In this document: positions 27,001 to 39,000 of the stretch, piece by piece
Position numbering within the stretch: the first letter of the stretch is position 1
Layout: every line of letters begins with the position of its first letter
Assembly (NCBI GenBank): GCA_030704615.1
Contig: CM060731.1
Coordinates: 38,192,001-38,256,000, forward strand
Reading direction: 5' to 3'
Source of the DNA: Takakia lepidozioides
Taxonomy: Eukaryota > Plantae > Bryophyta
DNA length: 64,000 nt
The notes under the pieces: generated by a model
Databases searched by the model: none
Seen by the model: the letters and a program-made list of their open reading frames with translations, nothing else
Told to the model about the DNA's origin: nothing
Program-made: the position numbers and the translations under genes

Positions 27001-30000
27001 GATTTTGTTTGTAACTGCAAGTGCAGGTAAGCTGTTGGATGTGTACCAAGACCTGAAAGGCATACAGGCTATAAGTGGCAAGACCTCTGCTAAATTCTCC
27101 CCTCGTCACCTCTCCAACTGGGTCCAGGTGCTTACATGCATATATCATGCTTTCTCTGCTGAGAAATGAGCTTTCCGCGGATGTTATAAAGCACCATTTC
27201 ATTTCTGCTGAGAAAATTTCTTGACCATAATGGTATCTTGGGGAAAATCTCGGTTGACTCAAGTGTCCAATATGACCCTAAACCCTAAATGCCTGGGATG
27301 CAGACTGGTGTTGTTTGGTTTGTCCAAGATTACAGCATAGGAAAGTAAAGGTAGGAAGAGCAATAATGGTTTAGCAGTGTGTCTTGTAGATTCACTAAGT
27401 CGCATAAAATAATCAGGCAGACAGCTGGAAGGTCCAGAAAGAAGGAAAGGACGCAGACAATGGAAAAGGAGTTTTATTACTTCCTCAGGTGAGTAGAACA
27501 GGTGGGCTGTGATAGAATATACACATAAGACTGATAGAGAGGAATGCTGAGGAGAAGAGCTAACCACATTGTTGTCTGAGGAGCAGGGACTAAGGCGCTA
27601 CAATCTCAAAGAAGTCAGCGTATTGGAGGCTCTCTTCCATGAGGTTTTCTTTCTTTACCTTGAATCATGCAATCATACAAATATGAGCTCACAATAATGC
27701 TTGCAGGTGAGCTGAAAGTGTTTAGACATAATCTGCAGTAATTGAAGGTTTTCCTGCCGTGTGCAGGCGACATGTGTGTTCAGAGATCACTTGAGAACAA
27801 CTGAAGAAGTTCTGGTGTTCGATAAATTATTATTGGCGAAATTTAAGTCACAGGTGTGCTCTGTACTTTGGGGCAGGATTTCTTGGAACCACTCTCTTCA
27901 TTTTCTCTACCTTGTCCCATTAGCCCTACTGGCACTCTCTACAAGTTTAAAGTCCTGGTCTCTTTAGAGCTTCACAATCTTTAGCAGAGGCCTTTAGCTT
28001 TGAAGATCCTAAGTGCCCCGCGGCCTTCCTGCCTGAGGCACTTCATCTTCATGCGACACTTGATGTATTCTGAAGGAGTTCCTGACGTGCTGTACCTTGT
28101 ACCATGGGTCCTGGGGGCCCTCATAAAGTTTTATTCCTTTTTCCTTTCTAATAATGACATAGTTGTTTTTCCTTCTCTGCATGAGTCTTTGGGGTCGTTT
28201 GATGTTTTCTGAAGGAGTTGTCTTGTGGTACTGGATCTTCTCTCTGACATCTTGCAAATTGTACATGGACATTGAAATGAATAGATCATCTGTCATTGTA
28301 AACATTCAACTACCACGGCTTACTAAGAAGGCCAAGCAGATGGGTGGTTGAGGCAATGAAGCTACTATTAAGCTGTACGTAGATTCCATTGTGTAGATTA
28401 CCCCAAGAGGACCAGCCATTCTTAAGTCTTGCTTCATCGAAGCTTTTGGAAGTATGGTCACACTGTGAGCTAACTCTCAACGTTATTCTGGTGGTGAAGT
28501 GAATCTTTGGAACAGTGCAAGACAAATGGCATGTCTTAGCAAATGAAAATGAAGTAGATCGTTTTCCATTGGTACTCATACAATGATCTACCGTCGCTAC
28601 TGTCGATTTTGTCAAACTGACATTGCTTGAAAGTTGAAATGGATATTTTCAAATGCAGGGAAGCATAGATGAAGGTGGCAAAGTATACACAACATGGTCT
28701 TCCACAACTGGCCAATTTGAGAGTCTGCGTCGTTACAACACAAAGCTTTTAAGTAGTATGAAACTGGATCACTTTGGAACAATTGTTTCCAATGCCCTGA
28801 CCCTTTATGACCAGGATGTGAAGAAACTGAACTTAGTACTATTTCCTGAGGTTTGATGCTCTCCCTCAACTCCTGATACGTTCTTTGTGGACTTCCTGTG
28901 TTCTGCTTTAACTGTGTCTGGAAATCTCACCTTGACATTTCTTCTGGGGCCATAGGCCTCCTGTAGGGTCCTTTCTTTTTGTCCCACAAGCTCTATGAGC
29001 TTTCAGCGGATGTTATAAAGCACCATTTCATTTCATTTCCTCAACAGTTTGAAGGTCTGGAAATTTCTCCCTTGGCAGCCTACCTGCATGAGGCATTCAC
29101 CCTTAGACAATCACTCAAACAATAGTTCTTTTCTCTGACTTCCCCGGTCTTTCTGCAACGCCATCTCAAAATTTTGGAACAGTTCTGCAAAGACTATGGG
29201 ATGCAAGTCAATCTTAGCAAGACCAAGATCATGGTCTTCAATGGCCAGGCTGATCGTAGATTCATCTTCAACCAGCAGGAAATTGAGATTGTGAAATCAT
29301 ACCGGTACCAAGGTCTGGTTATCCACTCCCCCAAGTTTCACTTTGCAGCCACAGCCTTGGACAGATTGACTAAAGGTAAGGCGGCCTCCGTCCGCCTTCA
29401 GGCCAAATGCAAGCAAATACATCTGCGGCATCCCCCGACCAAAAAGTGGCTGTTTGACACCGTCGTCAGCCCTGCTACCATCTATGGTTGTGAGTTCTGG
29501 GCACCTGGTGTCCCTGTCTCCTGGTGGGAAAAGAATTTGGAACCATTACAGTCATCGTTTCTCCAAGCAATGCTTGGCGCCAGGAGCACAACTCCATCTC
29601 AGATCCTAGGTGCAGAGTTCGCATGTGTACCATTGCAATCCGAGGCCCTCTTCAGGCTTACAATCTTTCTCCATAGATTGCAGGCCCTTCCACCCAAAGG
29701 GCTAGTGGCAAGGGCCCTCACAACATCTATGAGGCTCAAAGCTGCAGGTTTCAGGAACTCCTGGTATGCTCGAGTGGACAGTTTATTTCAACGTAACGGA
29801 CTTTCTACTGCTTTCCTATTACCAATGAACCCAGATGAGGTGGACATCACATCCAGACATGACCGCAACAGACTCATTCGGAGAGAGCTTATGGAATTAC
29901 ATGTCAAGAGAACTTGGATGCTACCCAATCTCACGACAAAGCTCCACTTCTATCGAGAGACATTCTTGGTGCTCCGCGATGATAGAATCTTGAGACCAAA

Positions 30001-33000
30001 TTACCTTTCAGCACCCTTATCTCCTTCCCTCTTGAGGGCATTGGGGCGGTTCAGGGTGGGTTCCCACAACCTACGGATAGAGACTGGCAGATGGGAAAAC
30101 CTGCAACGGGAGGACCGCCTATGTCCAGCTTGCATAGGGCGCAGCAAGGAAATTGAAACTGAAGAACACTTCTTCTTCTACTGCCCTCTATCCGTGGGAG
30201 ATTCCACTGTTTATTCAGTGGAACCCAAACTCTCACTGCTGTCTTTCACTATGAGGATCAAAAATGCTTGGCAGCCTACCTACACGAGGCCTTCACCCTT
30301 AGACAATCGCTAGAACATTAATTGTGGTTTCTGGATTTGTTCCTCTCTCATGTTTTCTTCCATTTTGTCCCATAAGCTCTACGAGCTTTCCGCGGACGTT
30401 ATAAAGCACCATTTCATTTCATTTCATTTCTGACTCTGGTTTTCCTATTTTCTCTCATGTTCTTCCTTCCATTTGTCCCATAAGCGCGCTGAGCTTTCCG
30501 CGGACGTTATAAAGCACCATTTCATTTCATTTCCCAAAACATGACAGCAACAAGCTTATGAGCTGATGGAAATTCATTCCTTGTCTGCAACTCTATTCCT
30601 CACTTCTTCGAGGAGTGGGAAGGCTGAGGGTGGGCTCACACAGCCTGCGAATACAGATTGGTAGATGGGACAAGCTATTTCACTGTCCTCTCTACTAGGA
30701 GATCCAGGTCCATCCTATGGCCTATTCCGGGACCCAATCCCTCACCTGAAGACTTTCCTTACAAGGACCACAAATGCTGGGTCGCATACCTACATGAGGC
30801 ACTCCACCTTGGAGAATCTCTTTGTTGGAGGTGTCAAGGCTATAGCCCTTGAACGGCACTCTGAGAACAGAACGGGACGGGTAGCTCAGTGGTAGAGCAC
30901 CCAACCGGAATGGGGGGGGTCCTAGGTTCCATCCCTAGCCCGACCACACGCCAGTGGTTTTCCAACATGGTATCAGAGCCAAGGTTGGGCCGGTGGTCAG
31001 AATGGGTGGGCATTAGAAATAAGGGCTATGCCTTGAGGGGGAGTGTTGGAGGTGTCAAGGCTATAGCCCTTGCACGGCACTCTGAGAACAGAATGGGACG
31101 GGTAGCTCAGTGGTAGAGCACCCCACCGGAATGGGGGAGGTCCTAGGTTCAATCCCTAGCCCGACCCCACGCCAGTGGTTTTCCAACACTCTTGATGTTG
31201 ATTAGTTTTTGGGCTGCTTGGGGAGGGCCCCACTTTCTTGTATCCTGCTTTGTCATGTCCCTTAAGCTCTTTGAGCTTGCCCAAGGACGTCATGAAGCAC
31301 CATTGACTTCTTGCTTACTTTCTTTCCTTCTCATGGAAAGAACCATTTTGTGAACTACCATTGCATTTCCTTTCATTTCCTTCTCATGGGGCAGAGACCT
31401 TATTTCGTATAATTTCATTTCAGTTCTTTGTCTGTTACAAAGTACCATTTCATTTCTGTTAAGCGTTCTTGTTTTGAAGTCGTCTTCTCCTCTTCAAAGT
31501 TGAGTGGTATTATAGTTGTGGGGGTGTTGTTGGGGTCCAGATATCTGCTCCTTTTGTTTATTATTTGTTCCCAAAAAGTATCTGAGCCTCCCATGGACAT
31601 TCTGTTTTTATTGCTGGCATGTAGGCCAGGGTAAATCCATGTTTTGGATTATAACCTGAAGGCAAATACAGTTGTATACTAAAATGCAGATGCAAGCTGA
31701 GAAATTCCTGAGGCACCAAGCCAGGTGGCCAAAAGGCCATCCTTAGACAGTGACGATCTTGTTTCATTTCATGCTTTACTTCACCTGTTGACAGACATAA
31801 AGGTTTCCACCCTTATGTTTACATGGGGATACATGTGCAGATATTGGAAAGGGTAGCAAAGATGGACAGAGTGCTGTCATGGCCAGGGGGCTCCTTGCTG
31901 CTTGTTGGCAGGAGTGGGGTTGGTCGACGCACCTGTACTAATCTGGTTGCTTTTATGCACCAAATGGAATTGTTCACTCCATCAATTTCTCGCAGGTACT
32001 GCATCTTACATTCTCCCCTTTCCATCTACCTCAAATTAGCAAAAGTTTTATATCAGAAGAAAAAGTGGAAAAACCACCAAAACTGTGTGATGTCAAAGCA
32101 GCCTGCACACTCATAAGATAGTTTGGCCCGCTGGTCCGCTCAGCTGCAAGAGGTTAGAAAGAGATAGTTGTGGAGTCCAATTCAATCATGAACTCATTTC
32201 TATTGTTTGAGCTGTGATGAGACTTGTCCTTCCCACCTCCACATTTTCCCCTTTGTACGTAGCTGAAAAATTTGCTAGAGAGACAGCTATCAAATTTTCC
32301 AGATGGGGTTGAATGGAATCTCCCCAAAGAGGAACCTTGAGGTCACATCCTGTCCTGAATTTCCTGGCTTTGTAACTGAAAATAACGGCATGTTTCCAAG
32401 GACCTGAGGCATGCTGAGTATGCAGCAGAAGCCTCTCTACTTTGGATAGATTGATTCATGTGGTAGATTGCCTGCAAAGGTCACGGCACTGTTGTAACAT
32501 TGAACTCACACTTAATATCAGTAAAGTCCATACTCACACGAATCCCTTTTTTCATAGCCTAACACTTGCTTCTGGAGCTGTATTTGGGTGCAGTTACGGA
32601 ATCAAATCATTCCAGTCTGACATGAAGTCTGTCCTTCAAATTGCTGGGGTTGAGGGTCGGCATGTGCGTGCTCTTGCATTCCCTTTTCCAAGTGCTTAAG
32701 AATATTGGAGATCTGCTATCCAATCATTATTTGCTTCCTCAAAATTGGTCTTGTTGTGTATCGGATATTCATGGCCAACTTCTAAAATTCCAAAACATTA
32801 ACACCAACCTTATTGAAACATGGGGTATCAGGATACAACTGTGCAGTCTGCAATCTGAATCCTAACTCTCATTCAAATCTTACAGATCGTGATGGTTTTG
32901 GAAGACCATCAGATGATTGACACGTCATTTCTGCAAATTGTCAATAGTCTCTTGAGCGGTGGTGAAGTATCAGGGCTCTATTCCAGCGATGAACTTCAGG

Positions 33001-36000
33001 TGAGTGTATGTTAAGAAAGCCAGAAACCTCTAGGTTGAATGTAGAGGTGATGCATAGCAGCCTCCATGCTGCGAAATATGACTGGAGGCCCTCTTTCATG
33101 TCTTGAACTTGCTAACACTTGGAGCTGCCCTGGGATTGCAAAGGTTGTATTGGCACCCCTTCAGGAGCTGATGGCACAAGAAGGATTCACCTACCACAAT
33201 CTCTTCTCTTTCTTCATATCCAGGGTAAGTGTTTGCCTCTACAAGGTACTACAAAGGCTTCCTTAGAGCACACTTATGCATAGGATAAATGAATCTATGC
33301 ACTTGTTAGCAGAAACTTGAAGATATTTAGGGTTGAAGAAACGCATGTTACAAGAAACTGAAATGCATGAAGAGGACCCATATCTGGCCCAGCTATACCC
33401 ATGCAAGGATATTTCTTTGCTCACTGTTGCCAGCAGTACCAAAGTCACCGACTCTGACAACCCTATAGTGTTGTCTCTAAGGACAGGTTCAAGCAAATTT
33501 GCACATAGTACTGAGTATGGATGCTCTCCATCCCGAATATGAGATGCGATGTCAAAGAAATCCAGCCTTTCATTGCCGATGTACACTTTTGTGGCTTGAG
33601 GCCTGGTCTGACAAAGGAATGCTGGACTTCGCGAATGCACGGTTGCATGGTGTTGATGGTTCCATGATTGAAGACAAAATGGGCATAGACATTGGAACAA
33701 CCATGCTGGCCATTTACAAAAGTGTACTTAGTAGTGGAGCTTCAGTCAGCCCAAGGCAGTATATCGCATTTGTGGATGAGTTTCAAAGTATCTACAAGAC
33801 TAAGGATGGTGATTTGACCAAGCACATGACCCATCTACAGGTGGAACACTGCCCTCTGTACTAAGTATATTGACTTATCGAAGAGGTAAACATGGTCTTC
33901 TATTTGCTGCAAAAAGTAATGCGCATTTCTGAAGGACTTATGTGCATGCTAGTAGATGCCAGTATAAGCCATTCAATATCAGCTACAAAAGTCCATTGTA
34001 AGCGTTACAGACATATAGCTGTGGGCATCCCCCCATCCTCAACACCCTCCACAAACTTTTGAGACACCCATGAAATGCTACATACCAAGCTTAAAACTCA
34101 GAAATGAATTGGTCATCTCAGATCAAATAGATGATGGAAAATAAAACTTCTTCTTCCACACAAAGCTTGCCTGAACTTGGAAACGCTCGCTCACTGACAG
34201 GCTGGACTAAGCAAGCTGGCAAAAGCCGCAGAGAAGGTGGAGGAGCTCTCACAGGAAGCAGCAGCGCAAGAAGATCTTTTGACAGAGAAGCAAGCACAAG
34301 CAGAGGAATGTCTGCAGAAAATAGCTCACAGCATGGAGGTTGTGACCGCTAGTAAGGCTGAGATTGAGAAGCTTAAGACTCTCCTTCGGGATGAAGAGGT
34401 GGAATTGCAAGCCCAGAAAGAAAATGTTGAAGACGAGCTTCGCAAGGTGCAACCCCAGGTGGAAGCTGCTAGAAAGGCAGTGGGCCAGATCAAAGGTGAT
34501 CATCTCAAGTAAGTCCTGTGGTTCTACTGTGGTAAGTTGTACTGTGTCCCATGGGCTTCTGATCCTCCAGTGGATGCAATAAATTTCCCTCTTCTTTCTT
34601 TAAAGTACAGTTTCATTTCATTTTTCCCCTTTCTTGGAAATTTGCTGCTGTAGATAGAAGAGTAACAACTGTTTCCAGGCCTCAATTTTCTTGATGAAGT
34701 TCCATTGAGTGTTTCTCAGTGAGATCCGGTCATTGAAGATGCCACCCGATGCAATTCGAGATGTATTGGAAGGAGTGCTACGGCTCATGGGAAATTACGA
34801 CACATCATGGCTCAACATGAAGAAGTTCCTAGGTACACGCACTGTGAAGGAGGAAATCATGAACTTCAATGCTCACAAAATCACCAGAGAGCTGTACCAG
34901 GACGTGCAAAGACTTATTGCGAGGAAACCCAGCTCCTTTGAGCACAGCACAATCTACCATGTGAGTGTTGCTGCAGCCCCGCTCGCAGGTATGTACACAT
35001 CCCAATTCCTTCTTCACACATCCGAAGTGGACATTGTTGAGTTTGCATAATGGCTTCACATCAGAGATTTAACATTGTTTGCATACTAGACGAAAGGAAA
35101 TGAAATGAAATGAGGGAAAGAAATTAGGGAGAGACAGGAATATGAGAGTTCACTTTGCTGACATAACTTGGCTTTGCCAGAGGCATAACATAGTGGACTA
35201 TAGATCAGAGAGTGCTAGCCAGAACACTTTTCCTCTTTGTGAAATTGCAAATAAAAGTATTCAAAGGGAAAGTTAGTAGTAATACCATACCTGATGGCAA
35301 GTGCAGCCTGGGTAAAAGCCAACGTGCAATATGCTATTGTGCTGGAGGATATTCGCCCCCTCAAGAACCATATTGAAGAATTGAGAAAGCCTATGGCAGC
35401 ATCAAAGGAGCAGATAGAACAATGTGAAGAGGACCTGCGCACTGTGGATTCTACAGTGGCATCCTTAAAGCGGGAATTCGCAAAGCGGACTGGTGAGGTG
35501 GAAGCACTAAAAATTCGGCTTCACAAGGCTGGAAGCAAAGTTGCTGCCTCAAAAACTCTTCTGACTAAACTAGGCAGAGAACAAGTTAGATGGGAAAACC
35601 AGGTAAAATTCAGCGTCTCCTCGCCAACTTTATAATGTATGAGGATATCCTGGTACATCGATATCCAGTTTATGCCCCCTCAGAATGAGAGTTTTATTAC
35701 AATCACATCATCAGACATAAAGATGACATAAATAGCCATTCTCTGTATACCTTCTTTCAGACGTTTACTAATTGACAGGGCTTTCTGGTGTACATATTTG
35801 TCTTCACTGCGTTTACAGCTTCAATTTTCCCTGCAGGTGAGACAATTGGAAGTTGAACTCCTGGAACTGTCAGCCTCCTCCTTATTGGCAGCAGCAGTCA
35901 TCACATACCTAACTTCGAAGCCAGATGACTACCGTGATGCTATGCTGTTGGAGTGGAAGCAGTTAATCCAAATTGAGAATGACATCACAAGCGGACACAG

Positions 36001-39000
36001 TTCCCTTGACCATTTTGATTTCAAGAAGTTCATGAGCACAGAATCTCAAATGATCATATGGAAAAGTGAGGGCCTGCCATCAGATGGGCGATCTCTGGAG
36101 AATGCTATTGTGGTCCGCCATACAAGGTTATGCCGCTTCATCATAGACCCCCTTGCACAAGCAGCACACTGGTTAACCTGTCGTTTTCGGGCCGAGCATG
36201 CTACCTTTGAGGTGGTTTCACACAAGGACCCGAAATTCACAACCAGTCTAAAGCTCGCTGTTAGATTTGGACGCAAACTTATAGTGCAGGATGTAGACCA
36301 GATTGAACCGATGTTGTATCCTCTGCTGCGCAATGACCTCACTCGTCAGGGTTCAAAGTGGACAATTACCATCGGTGGTGAAGTCCTTGACTATGATGAA
36401 GAATTTCAGCTCTTCCTTATAACCAGAGAGTCTTCTCTTTATGTCCCACCCGACACATTATCGCTGGTAGTCCAAGCAAATTTCACAGTGACAAGATCCA
36501 GTCTTGAAAAGCAATTGCTGACCCTCACTCTTCTCCATGAAAATCCAAAGCTTGAAGAGCAGAAACACTCGATAATTCAGGTGTAGTACAAGATTTCATT
36601 GATTCTTTCTTCTTCTCTTGTCCTGGCAGTAGTGTTCAGTCAGGAGGACCTGGAGGCCAGCTGCATTAGGCACTGTCTTTATGCAATGTTTGGCGTTCAC
36701 ATTGGTTCTTTGGTTTCTGTTGTTCGAATGTGTTGTCTCGATTATGGGGCCTCTGGGCCTGCCATTTACCTAGTAATATCTTCTTTCTTCTTTCTTACCT
36801 GTCTGCAGCTCTATCTCCCTCTCTTCTAAGGGCGTTGGGGAGGTTTAGGGTGGTGTCCCACAGTCTGCAGTTAGAGACTGGTAGGTGGGACAACCTGCAA
36901 TGTAAAGACCGCCTATACCCTGCTTGCACTGGGAACAACAGGAAAGTGAAAAGTGAAGAACATTTCTTCTTTCAATGTCCTTTCTACTTTGAGATCCGTG
37001 GGGAGATTCTATTGTCTCCGTGATACCAAATCTCATCTTCCATTTGGAGGATCAGAAATTCTTCGCAGCATATCTGCTTGAGGCGGTGACTCTTAGACGA
37101 TTGTTTTTGGGCTGCTTGTGGCCCCTCTCTCTTTCGTTATGAAGCACCATTTCATTTCATTTCATTTCTTGTTTCTTGCTTTTGTCCCATAAGCTCTTTG
37201 AGCTTTCGGCTGACATTATAAAGTACTTGTTCATTTCTTTCTTCCACTATGAGGATCAAAAATGCTTGGCAGCCTACCTGCACAAGGCCTTCACCCTTAG
37301 ACAATCGCTAGAACATTAATTGTGGTTCATGTTTTCTTCCATTTTGTCCCATAAGCTCTATGAGCTTTCCGCGGACGTTATAAAGCACCATTTCATTTCA
37401 TTTCATTTCTTCTTCTTCTTCTTCCTGTTTCTTCTCCTCCTACTTCTCCTCCTCCCCCTCCTCTTTTTTTTCTTTCTGAGCACAGCAGTTTTCTTTATGC
37501 GTCCAGCTTGCATAGGGCGCAGCCAGGAAAGTGAAACTGAAGAACACTTCTTCTTCTACTGCCCTCTATACTACGAGATCCGTGGGAGATTCCACTGTTT
37601 ATTCAGTGGAACCCAATCTCTCACCGAAGTCTTCCACTATGAGGATCAAAAATGCTTGGCAGCCTACCTGCACGAGGCCTTCACCCTTAGACAATCGCTA
37701 GAACATTAGTTCTTATTCTTGGGTTCTGGTTTTGTTCCTCTCTCATGTTTTCTTCCATTTTGTCCCATAAGCTCTATGAGCTTTCCGCGGACGTTATAAA
37801 GCACCATTTCATTTCATTTCTGGGTGATATAGTAAGAGGTCTCACGAGAATATTTGGAAGGCCACAACTATTTGAAAATACACTGGTGTATCCCCAGTAC
37901 TGGAGCGAGGCCCCTGTGCTGCTTTCCTCTCATCCCTTCTCCCCCTCTCTTACTTCATCAAAACGGGAGGTGGTTTAATGGTGACAAGGCTATATCAAAG
38001 CCAAGTCTACTGAGTGCAACTCCGTGGGATAGAACAAGTACTGAGTTTTCTTTTTAGCTGCTTGTATAGATCTTCAGGAACCTTATTGTACTTTGTATAC
38101 CTGGATCTGAGGGGAGGGAGGGGTGGCATGGTGTGGCATGGCACAGTCAGAGGAGCAGCTACGACTGCAGTTGCTGGAGCTGGAGAAGCAGCTGCTTGCA
38201 GAACTGGCTATGTCACAAGGGGACATTTTGGAAAATCAGACACTCATTGACTCTCTGAAAGAGACCAAGGTGAAAAGCAGCAGCATTGAGGAGTCCCTGC
38301 AAAATCTGACCACCTTGCAGTCCCACCTGCATGTCAAAAGCAATGCCTATGAGCCCTATGCTCGGATGGGCAGCTTGTTATTCTTTCTACTCAGAGACCT
38401 GGTGATCCTGAACCCCATGTATTGCTTTGGACTGCCGTTATTTCTGCGCTTATTTGAAACAGCTCTAGGAGGGGAACCCAGCTCAGATACCATGACCAAT
38501 CAGAGCAGTAAGGAAGACCAAGATGACTCTGCAGCATGGATTGACACCCGCATATCTCAATTGTCAGGATCTCTTATTGAGCTGATCTACTCGCATATTT
38601 GTAGGTCTTTGTACGAAATTGACCACCTTATTTTTGGCATGCACCTGGCTCAAAACCTCAGCATGTTGGATAAACCCTCCACCTTGGAGTTGGATCTATT
38701 TTTAAGGCATTTAGCTGTGGGTGGGGCCATATCTGAACAAGACATACCATTTTCAGAACGTGTGCCAATGCCTTCTTGGATCCCAGCTGGGCGAACAAGG
38801 GCCTTCACAGTGCTGCAGGCAGCACTTCCTAGCCTAGTGCAGTCTCTGAACATGCACACCTCCAAAATATGGACACCATGGATTTCGGACCCAACCTGTG
38901 ACACCAAGTTCCCAGATATTGTAATCCATCGTGCCTCTTCGTTCCAAAAACTGCTTCTTGTTGAGGCTCTGAGGCCTGACAGGCTTGAGCCTGCCATGAA

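Larger units (their letters stand above)
30823..31188 (+). mobile_element. TRIM with tRNA-derived LTRs, copy 2 (structurally complete)
   Basis: 145-bp LTRs at 30823-30967 and 31044-31188 (TGTTGG...CCAACA), PBS TGGTATCAGAGC at 30968-30979 (tRNA-iMet type), PPT GAGGGGGAG at 31035-31043, TSD CTCTT at 30818-30822 and 31189-31193. Confidence 0.95.

Noticed and set aside
29204-29452. The segment missing from the 22.5-kb LINE copy as a spliced-out intron (GCAAGT start)
   Set aside because: No AG at the 3' boundary. A TG microhomology deletion explains it.
26217-31167. Four functional tRNA genes
   Set aside because: Aberrant anticodon loop and an acceptor-stem mismatch; all four lie inside LTR pairs with TSDs.
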